Notes under the pieces: generated by a model
The model's input: only the letters and a program-made list of their open reading frames with translations
Told to the model about the DNA's origin: nothing
The model's database searches: none
DNA from: Candidatus Eiseniibacteriota bacterium
GTDB lineage: Bacteria; Eisenbacteria; RBG-16-71-46
Direction: 5' to 3'
NCBI GenBank assembly: GCA_031370785.1
Contig: JANMQY010000063.1
Location: 1 to 64,000, forward strand
Length of the DNA stretch: 64,000 nucleotides
Part shown: piece after piece, positions 9,719-19,857 of the stretch
Layout: each line of letters begins with the position of its first letter
How positions within the stretch are numbered: the stretch's first letter is position 1
Program-made: the position numbers and the translations under genes

Positions 9719-11038
9719 ATGACCCCCGACTCCGCCACGGCCGCAGCGCCCTGGATTCGCATCGACGAGGCCCCTGCCCACGTGGGCCGGACCGTCGAGG
9801 TCCGGGGCTGGCTGACCCACCGCCGGTCGAGCGGCAAGGTTCAGTTCCTCGTGATCCGTGACGGCAGCGGATACCTGCAGTGCGTGGCCGGGGTGAACGA
9901 TCTGCCGGCCGAGACCTGGGAGGCGTGCGAGCGGCTCGGGCAGGAGTCCTCGCTCGTGGTTCGGGGCTCGCTTCGCGCCGACGCTCGCTCGCCGGGCGGA
10001 GTCGAGATGGGGCTGAGCGCCGTCGAAGTGCTGAGCGCGGCGGAGGGCTACCCGATCTCGCCCAAGGAACACGGCACCGATTTTCTGATGGACCACCGCC
10101 ATCTGTGGCTGCGCTCGCCGCGCCAGCAATCCATCCTGCGCATCCGTGCCGAGCTGATCGCCGCGTTCCGCGACTTCATGCACGGCGAGGGCTTCCTGCT
10201 GGTGGACGCTCCGATCTTCACGCCGAACGCGTGCGAAGGGACCACCAATCTTTTCGAGACCGAGTACTTCGACCAGAAGGCGTACCTGACCCAGAGCGGC
10301 CAGCTCTATGCGGAAGCCGCGGCGATGGCCTTCGGGAAGGTCTACTGTTTCGGTCCGGCGTTTCGCGCCGAAAAGAGCAAGACCCGTCGCCACCTGATTG
10401 AGTTCTGGATGATGGAGCCGGAGTGGGCGTTCGCGACCCTGGCCGACGTCATCGCGCTCGAAGAGCGGCTGCTGGTGTACGTCGTCGGTCGCGTGCTCGA
10501 GGCACGGGCCGAGGATCTGAAGACGGTGGAACGGGACACGTCGCGGCTCGAGAAGGTGAAAGCCCCGTTCCCGCGGGTCCACTACAACGACGCGGTGAAG
10601 CGCCTGCACGACGCCGGATTGCCGTTCGAGTGGGGCAGCGACTTCGGAGCGCCGGATGAGACTGCACTCTCGGAGCAGTACGAGACGCCGATCTTCGTCA
10701 CCCACTACCCGGCGGCGGTGAAGGCGTTCTACATGGAGCCGGATCCGGCGGACTCACGGCTGAGTCTTTCGTGCGACTGCCTCGCGCCCGAGGGGTATGG
10801 CGAGATCATCGGCGGGGGTCAGCGCATGGAATCGCTCGAGCTGCTCACCAGGCGCATCGACGAGCACGGCCTGCCGCAGCAGGCATTCGAGTGGTACAAG
10901 GATCTCAGGCGCTACGGTTCGGTTCCGCACTCGGGGTTTGGGATCGGAGTCGAGCGCACGCTGGCCTGGATCGCTGGTCTCGAGCACGTGCGCGAATCGA
11001 TTCCGTTCCCGCGCATGCTCAATCGCCTGCACCCCTAG
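9719..11038 (+). CDS. asnS: Asparagine--tRNA ligase
   Basis: OB-fold start (VRGWL..RDGSG), [30 protein letters not shown] and [20 protein letters not shown] precedes ATG 9719. Confidence 0.94.
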   Translation: MTPDSATAAAPWIRIDEAPAHVGRTVEVRGWLTHRRSSGKVQFLVIRDGSGYLQCVAGVNDLPAETWEACERLGQESSLVVRGSLRADARSPGGVEMGLSAVEVLSAAEGYPISPKEHGTDFLMDHRHLWLRSPRQQSILRIRAELIAAFRDFMHGEGFLLVDAPIFTPNACEGTTNLFETEYFDQKAYLTQSGQLYAEAAAMAFGKVYCFGPAFRAEKSKTRRHLIEFWMMEPEWAFATLADVIALEERLLVYVVGRVLEARAEDLKTVERDTSRLEKVKAPFPRVHYNDAVKRLHDAGLPFEWGSDFGAPDETALSEQYETPIFVTHYPAAVKAFYMEPDPADSRLSLSCDCLAPEGYGEIIGGGQRMESLELLTRRIDEHGLPQQAFEWYKDLRRYGSVPHSGFGIGVERTLAWIAGLEHVRESIPFPRMLNRLHP

Positions 11039-11051
11039 GCGTGCCCGGCGC

Positions 11052-12587
11052 TCACGGGCGCCGCTCGAGAATCCACAGCTCGAAGGGGCCCGGGCTTTGC
11101 GCGATCACGGTCGCCTTTTCGTACTTCGTCATCAGCGAGTCCCGCTCGCCGGCGTTTCGGAACGGAGCGCCGGCTCCGGCAAAGCCCTCGTTCGCCTCGA
11201 GCTCGCGGCGCCTGACCACCAGCCAGTCCGGCCTCTCGCGCTCCACCGTGTCGGTAAACCAGCCTGCGCCCTGCATGCGACGCTTCGCGACCGCGGGGGA
11301 GACGAGGCCGACTTCGTCCACCACGCGGAGCGGGCAGCTCCAGCCGATGATCCCGATCGGCTCGAGCATGACCTTCTGCCCGGGCTTCGCGTGCTCTGCC
11401 AGCCAGTCGGCCGCTCCACCAAAGTCACGAACCTCGGTCTGGACACGGCCCCGGTAGAGCGGCAGAACGCCGAGCCACATTCCGCTGAGGAACGCGGCGA
11501 GCGAGACGTAGAGCGCGATCCCTTTTACGATCTGCGGCACTCCGACCGCGATCAGCGTCGCGACTCCGGCCAGTGGGACGGCGAGGTACCACCAGAAGTA
11601 CGTGACTCCGAGAAGACTGTACGCGATCCAGATCAGCAGCAGCGCGGCTGTCGCGCGACCGAGCCGGGTGGAGTGCAGCGGCCATAGCGCCCGCGCACCC
11701 AGCACCACCGCCGGCGCGAACACCACCGCGGCCAGAAACAGATGAATGCCCTCGAGTGTCGAGGGAGGCCGACCCATCGTCACCGGAACCAGCCACTCCC
11801 ACCACAGCCGCCCGGCGACCGGACCAGGCGTGCCGTAGATCTGGGCCTTTGCGACCAGACTCTGCGGCACGATGGATCCGAAGTACGACTGAAGCGCGAC
11901 CAACGCCGGGGCCACCAGAATCGCGGCGACCAGGCGATCGCGCCACGAGGCGCCGAGCGCGAGGAACAGGGCCGCGGCGAATCCCTCCGGACGCGACAGC
12001 GCGAGCGCGGCGAGCGCGGGACCGGCCATCACATGCCGCTTCTCGGTGAGCGCCGCGCTCAATACCACCAGTGCCAGCACCACGCCGTTCTCCATTCCCG
12101 AAACCGCGACTGCCGAGAAGTAGAACCATCCGGCGAAGAACAGGGCGAAGCACCAGGCCGAGGCGCGCGAGACGTATCGCTCGAGCGCGGCGGTGGTCAG
12201 GATCAGGGTGACGACGTCGGCGGTCGCGGCCCAGAAGCGCGACCACGGGACCGGGTCATGCACGAGGCGGATGCCGAGCGCCATCCAGATCGTCCACAGC
12301 GGAGAGGTGAAACCCATGACGTGTTCGCCCGGGTTGTAGACCAGACCGTGGCCGCCCGCGAAACTTCGCGCGTAGCGGAACGTGATGAACGCATCTTCGG
12401 AGGCGGTGGGAAGCGCCCACGCGGCGAAGGCGCGCGACATGAGGATAATCACGAGCGGCAGGAGATACGGCGCTCGCGGATCGAGCCACGCGGTGCGGGC
12501 CGGCAGGAGGGCGTCCGCGGACACAGACTCGGACGGGTGCGCGTGGGTCACCGGGGCGCGGGTGGCAGCACGAGCGCGTCGCGACAT
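11052..12587 (-). CDS. Polytopic membrane protein, putative GT-C-fold glycosyltransferase
   Basis: EDAFITFRYA...GLVYNPGEHVMGFTSPLW first-loop motif, SGME, RPEG, about 11 TM helices and a soluble C-terminal domain. Confidence 0.65.
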   Translation of the reverse strand: MSRRARAATRAPVTHAHPSESVSADALLPARTAWLDPRAPYLLPLVIILMSRAFAAWALPTASEDAFITFRYARSFAGGHGLVYNPGEHVMGFTSPLWTIWMALGIRLVHDPVPWSRFWAATADVVTLILTTAALERYVSRASAWCFALFFAGWFYFSAVAVSGMENGVVLALVVLSAALTEKRHVMAGPALAALALSRPEGFAAALFLALGASWRDRLVAAILVAPALVALQSYFGSIVPQSLVAKAQIYGTPGPVAGRLWWEWLVPVTMGRPPSTLEGIHLFLAAVVFAPAVVLGARALWPLHSTRLGRATAALLLIWIAYSLLGVTYFWWYLAVPLAGVATLIAVGVPQIVKGIALYVSLAAFLSGMWLGVLPLYRGRVQTEVRDFGGAADWLAEHAKPGQKVMLEPIGIIGWSCPLRVVDEVGLVSPAVAKRRMQGAGWFTDTVERERPDWLVVRRRELEANEGFAGAGAPFRNAGERDSLMTKYEKATVIAQSPGPFELWILERRP

Positions 12588-12752
12588 GTCGGCGGGGTGA
12601 CTCCCGGTGTTTGTCTGGTCCGCATCGAGAACGGGCACATCACATCGGCGTGACGATGAAGAACCGACAGCTTACGGAACGTCCCGCTCCGGGGGCAACC
12701 GCACCACCCGGGCGCGCTCGTACTCGCGCGGCACGCAACGGCTGTGCGTTTC

Positions 12753-12782
12753 TTGACAGGAACGCACGGCGTTCTCTAGTGT
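12753..12782 (+). promoter_or_regulatory. Putative sigma70 promoter of the PstS-like/TPR/ExbBD/TonB operon
   Basis: TTGACA-18 bp-TAGTGT, with the -35 box inside an inverted repeat at 12744-12767. Confidence 0.55.
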
Positions 12783-12838
12783 GCCGCGCTGCTTCGCGAC
12801 GCGATCCGCTGCGGCTCCCGACCCACTCGAGCCATCGC

Positions 12839-13828
12839 ATGCCCGTGAAACGTTGGATTGACAGCAGGCTGGCCCACTTCCTAAACTCTCCGCACTTCGG
12901 TGTCCAGGAAACCGGTCGGCGGCCCCAGCTGCTGCTTGCGCTTGTGTTTCTCGTCATGGAAGGCGCAATCGGCTGCTCCCCTCAATCCGCACCCGGCCCG
13001 GTGGAAGATTCCCAGACCAGTGGGCGTATTTCAGTTGTATGCGCGCCCGAGGCCGCCAGCCTGATCACTCGCGAACGCTCAGCATTCCACGACCTCTATC
13101 CTCAGGCGAGTATCCAGGTGACGGTCGGCAGGTCGCGCGAGGCGATTCGTGCGCTGTTCGCGGCCGAGTGCGATCTCGCGGTCATCACGCGCGAGCTGAC
13201 CACCGAGGAGCGAGCGGCGGCAGTGCGGGGCAAGCTGGGGCTGGAAGGTTATCGGTTCGCAAGGGATGCGGTGGTGACGGTCGTCAGCCCGGCGAATCCG
13301 GTGGAGAATCTTTCGGTGGACGACCTGGCGAAAGTGTACCGGGGCGAGATCACCCGCTGGTCGCAACTCGGAGGCCGGGATCTGGCGATTGATCCGGTGG
13401 CGCAGCCGCCGGTGAGCGACATCACCGAGTATTTCATTGCACAGGTCATGGGGGGAGAGGCGATGACGGCGAAGGCGTTCCAGGCCGAGTCGGATTCCGC
13501 GGTGGTCGCGACGGTGGCGTCGCATCCCGGCGCGATCGGCTACCTCTCGCTGGCATGGGCTGAGCGCGGAGTTCGCGCGCTGCGCCTCTCCTCGCTCAAG
13601 GGACTGAACTATCAGAAACCAGATCTGGAGGCGGTATACAAGGGTGACTACCCGCTGACCCGGTTCTACAACTTCTATATGCGCTCGCGGGGGCCGAAGG
13701 CGGCAGCCGGGTTCATCACCTTCGTCACCAGCATGGAAGGGCAGGCTATGGTTCACGAAGCGGGACTGGTACCGACTGCGGTTCCGGTGCGCTTCGTTCG
13801 GCGCTCCCCGATGCTCGGCACTCACTGA
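12839..13828 (+). CDS. PstS-like periplasmic substrate-binding lipoprotein
   Basis: Hydrophobic stretch ending AIGC (lipobox), ARDAVVTVVSPANPV, IT.WSQLGG, GAIGYLS and YPLTR. Start uncertain. Confidence 0.78.
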   Translation: MPVKRWIDSRLAHFLNSPHFGVQETGRRPQLLLALVFLVMEGAIGCSPQSAPGPVEDSQTSGRISVVCAPEAASLITRERSAFHDLYPQASIQVTVGRSREAIRALFAAECDLAVITRELTTEERAAAVRGKLGLEGYRFARDAVVTVVSPANPVENLSVDDLAKVYRGEITRWSQLGGRDLAIDPVAQPPVSDITEYFIAQVMGGEAMTAKAFQAESDSAVVATVASHPGAIGYLSLAWAERGVRALRLSSLKGLNYQKPDLEAVYKGDYPLTRFYNFYMRSRGPKAAAGFITFVTSMEGQAMVHEAGLVPTAVPVRFVRRSPMLGTH

Positions 13829-13850
13829 AGAGGAGATCACGCACCCCACC

Positions 13851-15635
13851 ATGAAAGCACTCGCTCGGATCCTTACCCCGCCCATGGCGGGGCTGTGCCT
13901 GATCCTGTCATGCCTCGCGGTCGCACCGCAGGCCGCGCGGTCCGACGATCTCAAGGACGCTCGCGCGGCGCTTGCCGCCGGACGGCTCGATGATGCGGCG
14001 CGGTCCTTCGAGAAGGCCGCCGCTTCCGGTCTGGCCGAGGGCCGCGCCGGCGTCGGACTGGTCTTTCTGCGCCGCCGCCAGTACGACAAGGCGATGGAAG
14101 CCTTTCAGACCGCCCAGAAGATGGATCCGACACTCGCGCTCGCCTACTACGGGCAGGCCGAGGTGCTTCGCCAGCAGGACAAGTGCGATCAGGCGATCCC
14201 GCTGTACTTGCGCTCGACCGAGCTCGACAAGCGATTTCCCGAGGCCCAGCTCGCGCTCGGGCAATGCCTGATCGCGAGCAGGCAGCACGAACGAGCGGTG
14301 ACGGTGCTGAATGAAGGGCTCAAGTGGGGTCCCAGGTGGCGGCCGAAGTTCCTGGTCGCACTCGGCGATGCCGAGATGGCGAGGGATTCGCTCCGCGACG
14401 CGGGCATCTACTACACGCGCTCCCGCGAGGAATCACCGGAAGATCCCACGCCGCGCAAGGCGCTCGGCAACTTCTACGTGAGGCGCGGCACCTGGGCGCT
14501 GGCGATTCCCGAGTTCCAGGCAGCGCTGGCGATGGATTCGCTGGACGTCGAGACGCACTTCGGTCTCGGGCAGGCGCTGTACTACGACCATCGCTACAAC
14601 GAGGCGCTGGAAGAGTTCCGCTGGGTGGTGGCGCACGATCCCGACTTCCCGCCGGGTCAGCTCGCGCTCGGCAACCTGCTCTACCTCGCGGGGGAGCGCG
14701 ACCCGAAACGCTATCCCGAGGCGCGTGTCGCGCTCGAAAAGTACACGCAGCTCCGGCCCGAGGACGGGAAGGGGTGGAGCCTGCTCGGCCGCACCTACGC
14801 CGCGCTTCACATGAAGGACGAGGCGCTGGCCGCGATGCTCAAGGCGCAGGCGCTCGGCGACAAGAGCAAGGACATGTACACGAACCTGGGCCGCATCTAC
14901 GCCGAACGCAAGGAGTGGGACAAGGCGCTCGAGGCGTTCACCAAGGGCGATCCGACGCCCCGCGATCTGCTGCTCATCGGGCAGATGTACGTGTTCCAGA
15001 ACCGCCTGGCGCAGGCCGACTCGCTCTACCAGGTCATCATCAGCGCGGATTCGACGCGGGCCGACGCCCGCTTCGCCATGAACGAGCTGGCCAAGCTGCG
15101 CTTCCGCCAGAAGGACTATCCGGGAGCGATCGCCCTGCTCCAGAGGCGAATCGCGCTTGACCCAAACAACGACGAGGCTTACTACTATATCGGTTTATCG
15201 TACAAGGAGATGAAGCAGTACCCGGAGGCGCTGGCCGCGCTCCGTCAGGCGGCAACGCTCGGCGACGCGAAGGGCGACCGGCACTTCTGGCTGGGTATCC
15301 TGTACGAGCAGGCAGACTCGACCGCGCAGGCACTGCGTGAGTTCCAGCGCTCGCTCGAGCTGGATTCCACCAGCAATACAGCCGCCATCGCGAACCGGCA
15401 GATCGGTTACCGGAAGCTCCTCGCCAAGGACTACGCCGGAGCGATTCCGCTGCTGGAGCGCGCTGCGGCTCTGAATCCGAAGGATGTGCAGACGCTGGTG
15501 TGGCTGGCACAGGGATATCAGAACTCCGGAAATCGGGCGAAGGCGCTCGAGTACTACAACCGGGCGCTGGAGCTCGACCCCGCTCAGCCCGACGCGTTGA
15601 AGGGCAGGAAGAGCCTCACAGGAGGATCCAAATGA
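13851..15635 (+). CDS. Exported long tetratricopeptide-repeat protein
   Basis: Signal peptide followed by more than 12 TPR-like repeats (e.g. ALEYYNRALELDP). GAGGAG RBS. Confidence 0.88.
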   Translation: MKALARILTPPMAGLCLILSCLAVAPQAARSDDLKDARAALAAGRLDDAARSFEKAAASGLAEGRAGVGLVFLRRRQYDKAMEAFQTAQKMDPTLALAYYGQAEVLRQQDKCDQAIPLYLRSTELDKRFPEAQLALGQCLIASRQHERAVTVLNEGLKWGPRWRPKFLVALGDAEMARDSLRDAGIYYTRSREESPEDPTPRKALGNFYVRRGTWALAIPEFQAALAMDSLDVETHFGLGQALYYDHRYNEALEEFRWVVAHDPDFPPGQLALGNLLYLAGERDPKRYPEARVALEKYTQLRPEDGKGWSLLGRTYAALHMKDEALAAMLKAQALGDKSKDMYTNLGRIYAERKEWDKALEAFTKGDPTPRDLLLIGQMYVFQNRLAQADSLYQVIISADSTRADARFAMNELAKLRFRQKDYPGAIALLQRRIALDPNNDEAYYYIGLSYKEMKQYPEALAALRQAATLGDAKGDRHFWLGILYEQADSTAQALREFQRSLELDSTSNTAAIANRQIGYRKLLAKDYAGAIPLLERAAALNPKDVQTLVWLAQGYQNSGNRAKALEYYNRALELDPAQPDALKGRKSLTGGSK

Positions 15636-15979
15636 AGCAACGCCAGGTAGGCGCCATCGCGGTGCTGACGCCGAAGGGATATCTGACCGGCGGCGAAGAG
15701 ACGGACGAGCTCGAGCGCGCGATCAAGGCCCTCAGCGACGCGGGGAACAAGTATCTCGTCATCAATCTCGGCGAGACCCAGCACCTGAACTCGACTGCCC
15801 TTGGCGTGCTCATCTCTGCGCACTCCAACTACGTGAAGCGCGGCGGACAGATGAAGCTGTGCAGCGTGGACAAGCGCATCGAGAACATCTTCGTGATCAC
15901 CAAGCTGTCGCTGGTGTTCGACGTGTATCCGAAAGAAGAGCAGGCGATCGCCAGCTTTGCCGAGAAGGAGTCGGTCTAG
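15632..15979 (+). CDS. STAS-domain anti-sigma-factor antagonist
   Basis: VINLGETQHLNSTALGVL with the conserved Ser, and IFVITKL. GGAGG RBS; overlaps the TPR stop codon. Confidence 0.88.
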   Translation: MKQRQVGAIAVLTPKGYLTGGEETDELERAIKALSDAGNKYLVINLGETQHLNSTALGVLISAHSNYVKRGGQMKLCSVDKRIENIFVITKLSLVFDVYPKEEQAIASFAEKESV

Positions 15980-16013
15980 TCGCGGCTCGCGCCGCGGGAC
16001 CAGGGAGGACCAC

Positions 16014-16355
16014 TTGGCCGTCCGTCGCAAGCAGGTACGCAGCATCTCGGTGCTGTATCTGAAGGGAAGCTACTTCGGAGACACCGAGACCGACGAGCTC
16101 CAGAAGGCGATCATGGACGAGGCCGCGGCGGGGAACACGCGGCTGGTCTTGAACATGTCGGAATGCCAGGCGCTCAATTCAATCGCCATCGGCGTGCTGA
16201 TGAGGGGATTTACGAACTACAAGGGGCGAGGCGGCGAGATCAAGCTGTGCGGCCTCGGCAAGCGCGTGAAGGACGTGTTCGTGATGACCAAGCTGATCAT
16301 GGTGTTCGATCATCATGACACCGAGGAAAAGGCGATCGCGGCCTTCGCGGAGTAA
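16014..16355 (+). CDS. STAS-domain anti-sigma-factor antagonist (second copy)
   Basis: LNMSECQALNSIAIGVL and VFVMTKL. GGAGGA RBS precedes TTG 16014. Confidence 0.85.
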   Translation: MAVRRKQVRSISVLYLKGSYFGDTETDELQKAIMDEAAAGNTRLVLNMSECQALNSIAIGVLMRGFTNYKGRGGEIKLCGLGKRVKDVFVMTKLIMVFDHHDTEEKAIAAFAE

Positions 16356-16526
16356 CGAGGAATCATCACTGGCGCATTCCAGGCCGGACACCGTTTCATC
16401 AATGGGTGAGGAGAAGGGTCGGAGCGACCCTGGACCGAGCCGCACGGGCGGAGTACCGCTCACATCAGCCAACAACCCGCAGCGCGGAACAGTCCCGCGC
16501 ACGTGGGAATGGAGGAATTCCGTTCC

Positions 16527-17267
16527 ATGAATCGTTACATCGTGCAGATCGGTTTCGTGCTCGCCGCCGCGGTGTCCATCGGAATCTGGATAATGCTGCC
16601 GAAGCTCGGCGACATCGGGGACCAGATGCAGAAGGGCGGCCCCCTCGTTGCGGCGCTGATCATGCTGATGATCCTCCAGACCGCGTTCATCATCGAGCGA
16701 CTGCTCAGCCTCAAGAAGGCCCAGGGGCGCGGGCCGCTGCCTGACTTCCTGAACGCCGTACGCAAGAAGCTCCACGCCGGGGATGTCGAGGGCGCGATCA
16801 AGCTGTGCGCCGCGCAGCGCGGCTCGGCGGCTAACGTGATCCGGGCCGGACTCGAGCGCTACCTGCAGGTCAGGTCCGAAGGCGCATCGAAGGACAAGAT
16901 CGTCAGCGAGACCCAGGCCGCGATTCAGGAAGCGAATGGCCTCGAGGTGCCGCTGCTCGAGCGCAATCTGATTGCGCTGTCCACGATCGCGTCGATCTCG
17001 ACCATGATCGGACTGCTCGGAACCGTGATCGGCATGATCCGTTCGTTCGCGGCGCTCGGTCACACCGGCTCGGTGGACGCCTCCAAGCTCGCCGTCGGTA
17101 TTTCCGAGGCGCTGATCAACACCGCAGGCGGACTGTTCTCGGCCATCGCCGGCATCGTGGCGTACAATGTATTCGTGACTCGCGTCGACAACTTCAACTA
17201 CATGATGGACGAGGCCTCGTACGAGGCGGTCCAGCTGCTGTCCGCGTCGACCTCGGATCGGAAGTAG
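16527..17267 (+). CDS. exbB: MotA/TolQ/ExbB proton channel protein
   Basis: IASISTMIGLLGTVIGMIRSF and GISEALINTAGGL. Confidence 0.9.
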   Translation: MNRYIVQIGFVLAAAVSIGIWIMLPKLGDIGDQMQKGGPLVAALIMLMILQTAFIIERLLSLKKAQGRGPLPDFLNAVRKKLHAGDVEGAIKLCAAQRGSAANVIRAGLERYLQVRSEGASKDKIVSETQAAIQEANGLEVPLLERNLIALSTIASISTMIGLLGTVIGMIRSFAALGHTGSVDASKLAVGISEALINTAGGLFSAIAGIVAYNVFVTRVDNFNYMMDEASYEAVQLLSASTSDRK

Positions 17268-17280
17268 GGGGAGCACTCTC

Positions 17281-17778
17281 ATGCTCAAGAAAAAGCGCCG
17301 CATCGGCATCGCGATCGACATGACGCCGATGGTCGACGTGGCCTTCCTGCTGCTGATCTTCTTCATGTGCACGACGCAGTTCAAGCCGCCGGAGAAGGAC
17401 AAGATCACGCTGCCCGAGTCCAACTCCGAGGCCAAGGCCCCGGAGACCGGGGTCATCACCATCGCGGTGACCGCGCCCAAGCCCGAGAGCGGAAACGTCT
17501 CGAAAGTGCGCGTGATCTATCGCCAGGGCGGGCAGGAGGTGTCGCGCGAGATCGCTCCCGAATCAATCCTCGCCGACATGCCGCTGATCCTCTCGAACGC
17601 ACGTGCCGCGAATCCTTCGGCGCGCATCATCGTCAAGATGGACAAGGATGCTTCGTACGGAATCATGGCGGACGTCATGCCCGCGCTGCAGTCGGCGAAC
17701 GCTCCGCGCTTCAACGTCCAGACCGATCTGGCCGGCACCGGCGGCATGTTCAGGCGGGCCGGCGCTACCAGGCCCTGA
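17281..17778 (+). CDS. exbD: ExbD/TolR family protein
   Basis: IDMTPMVDVAFLLLIFFM with the conserved Asp. Confidence 0.9.
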   Translation: MLKKKRRIGIAIDMTPMVDVAFLLLIFFMCTTQFKPPEKDKITLPESNSEAKAPETGVITIAVTAPKPESGNVSKVRVIYRQGGQEVSREIAPESILADMPLILSNARAANPSARIIVKMDKDASYGIMADVMPALQSANAPRFNVQTDLAGTGGMFRRAGATRP

Positions 17779-17804
17779 ACGCCACTCGAGAGAGGTGAGA
17801 CACC

Positions 17805-18296
17805 ATGGGTGCCGTAGACACCCCCGATCGCAAATCCGGTAAGAAGAAGGGCAAGGGAATGTCGCGCCCCAAGCGGCGCGTCGGAATTCGCATCGACATG
17901 ACGCCGATGGTGGACGTGGCGTTCCTGCTGCTCATCTTCTTCATGGTCACGACCGTGTTCCGGACGCCGCAGGCGCTGGAGATCAACCTGCCGCCCGACA
18001 AGGAAGCCAAGGTCGACGTCGCCGAGTCGAAGGTGCTCACCATCCGGGTGCTTCCGGATCGCACCTACTGGCGGCATGCCAGGGACCCGTGGGCCCGCAC
18101 CGACGTCAACGCGCTCAGCTCCGTGCTCAAGCAGTATCAGAATCTTCCCGAAACGATCGTGCTGATCCAGATCGATCGGGATGCGAAGTTCAACAACATG
18201 GTCAAGATCATCGACGACCTCGACCTTGCCAGGATGACCCGGTTCTCGCTGGGCACCTTGACTCCCGAAGCGAAGAAGGAGGTCGAGTCGCTGTGA
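17805..18296 (+). CDS. exbD: ExbD/TolR family protein (second copy)
   Basis: IDMTPMVDVAFLLLIFFMVTT. Confidence 0.9.
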   Translation: MGAVDTPDRKSGKKKGKGMSRPKRRVGIRIDMTPMVDVAFLLLIFFMVTTVFRTPQALEINLPPDKEAKVDVAESKVLTIRVLPDRTYWRHARDPWARTDVNALSSVLKQYQNLPETIVLIQIDRDAKFNNMVKIIDDLDLARMTRFSLGTLTPEAKKEVESL

Positions 18297-19027
18297 GCAC
18301 CGACGTCAAGCGGAACCCGGAAGACGAAGGGCTGTTCGAATTCATGCCCTACGGGGCGCCCGAGCTCAAGCAGGTCGCGAAGCCCTACATGTTCCGCGCG
18401 ACCTGGACCAGCATGGGCGCGTGGGCCCTGCTGTTCCTGCTGGCATTCACCACCAGCTTCATCCTCGCGCATCGCCCGCGTGAGACCAGCGTCATCGTCG
18501 TGCCGTACCGCGAGCTGGCCGCGCCGCCGCCGCTGACCGACAAGCCGCCGCCGCCCAAGGTCGAGGTCGCGCAGCAGATCGCGCCGCCGACCGCCGCCGC
18601 GCCGGTGCCGGTGCCCGATGCCGAGGCGCCTCCCGAGCAGCAGATCGCCACGCAGGATCAACTGGCCGCGGTCAGCCCGGGGCCCGCCACCGACGGCAAG
18701 GACATCGTGGTCGCCCCGCCCGACGACGATGCACTGCCCAAGTTCGGGGACTACGTGTACGTCGAGGAGCTGCCGGAAGCGATCACCAAGGTGCAGCCGA
18801 TCTATCCCGACATGGCGCGCGAGGCGAACGTCGACGGCACCGTGCTGGTACAGGCGCTGGTCGGCAAGGACGGCAGGGTGAAGGACGTGAAGGTGGTCAA
18901 GGGGCTGCCGATGCTCGATGCTTCCGCGGTGACCGCGGTCAAGCAGTGGATCTTCAAGCCCGCGCTTTCGAACAACAAGCCGGTCGCGGTGTGGGTCGCC
19001 GTACCGGTGCGCTTCACCCTGCACTAG
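18293..19027 (+). CDS. tonB: Energy transducer TonB
   Basis: N-terminal TM, Pro-rich linker and TonB-C domain (YPDMAREANVDGTV...W.FKPA...VPVRF). Confidence 0.88.
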   Translation: MSTDVKRNPEDEGLFEFMPYGAPELKQVAKPYMFRATWTSMGAWALLFLLAFTTSFILAHRPRETSVIVVPYRELAAPPPLTDKPPPPKVEVAQQIAPPTAAAPVPVPDAEAPPEQQIATQDQLAAVSPGPATDGKDIVVAPPDDDALPKFGDYVYVEELPEAITKVQPIYPDMAREANVDGTVLVQALVGKDGRVKDVKVVKGLPMLDASAVTAVKQWIFKPALSNNKPVAVWVAVPVRFTLH

Positions 19028-19087
19028 CACGCAGGGCAGCACTCGAATTCTGGGACCGGGTCTCTCAGGAGGTGCTGGGAGGTTTCC

Positions 19088-19810
19088 GTGGTCCAGTCGG
19101 TTTCCGTACCCGAGCACTCCATGCCTTATGGAGCGCCGGAGCTCAAAGCGGTCGCCAGGAGTTTCATGCTCCGGGCGACCGCATCTGCTTCTCTGCTGTG
19201 GCTGCTGTTGTTCGCGGCACTGGTGATCTTTGCCTGGTTCGCACCGCCTGAGCCCCTCATCTTCGTTTCGAATCCTCACGACCCGATTCCGTACGATCCA
19301 CGGACCGAATCGGCCGAGCCGCGCCTGATCGAGGCGAAGCAGCACACGAAGATTGCCCCTGATCGTGGAGTGGTCGTGCCGGTCCGCGACGATCCCCAGG
19401 CGCCCCCTGAAATAATCACGGCCCCTCCATTGGAGGACGGCGCAGGGACCGAGGGCGCCTTCTCGGACATGAAGGATGGGGCCATGCAGCAGAACCAGGG
19501 TCCCGTCGAGCCGCCGCCACCACTGCGCACTGAATACCGTGTGTATGACCGGGATCCGGTCGCAATCCTCCACAAGCCACCCGGCTACCCGGATATCGCG
19601 AAACAGGCGGGAGTCGAGGGTCGGGTCGTGATCGCGTTGCTGATCGATCGCACCGGCCATGTGCGCGAGGCGGTCGTGGAGCGCTCGGTGCCGATGCTCG
19701 ACGATGCGGTGATCGAAGCGACGCGGCGCTGGGTATTCGATCCGGCGCTGATCGACAATCGCCCCGTCATGGCCTGGGTGCGCGTGCCGGTCGAATTCCG
19801 CCTGCACTGA
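19088..19810 (+). CDS. TonB paralogue
   Basis: Shares the MPYGAPELK.VA...M.RAT N-terminus with the upstream TonB. TonB-C domain YPDIAKQAGVEGRV. Start may be 19121. Confidence 0.82.
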   Translation: MVQSVSVPEHSMPYGAPELKAVARSFMLRATASASLLWLLLFAALVIFAWFAPPEPLIFVSNPHDPIPYDPRTESAEPRLIEAKQHTKIAPDRGVVVPVRDDPQAPPEIITAPPLEDGAGTEGAFSDMKDGAMQQNQGPVEPPPPLRTEYRVYDRDPVAILHKPPGYPDIAKQAGVEGRVVIALLIDRTGHVREAVVERSVPMLDDAVIEATRRWVFDPALIDNRPVMAWVRVPVEFRLH

Positions 19811-19825
19811 AGAGCGCAAGTCTCC

Positions 19826-19857
19826 GCAGGCCCGGGCGCTCCCCCGCCCGGGTCTGC
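19826..19857 (+). terminator. GC-rich hairpin after the tonB operon (possible terminator, no U-tract)
   Basis: GCAGGCCCGGGCG-ctcccc-CGCCCGGGTCTGC, a 13-bp stem. Confidence 0.35.

Noticed and set aside
12839..13828. Calling this a phosphate ABC transporter (pstS)
   Set aside because: No pstC/A/B or phoU nearby, and the usual GS(S/T)T phosphate-binding start motif is not evident, so it is kept as PstS-like.
17314..17945. Near-identical ~54-bp stretches in the two exbD genes
   Set aside because: They encode the conserved IDMTPMVDVAFLLLIFFM helix of paralogues and are not a repeat element.
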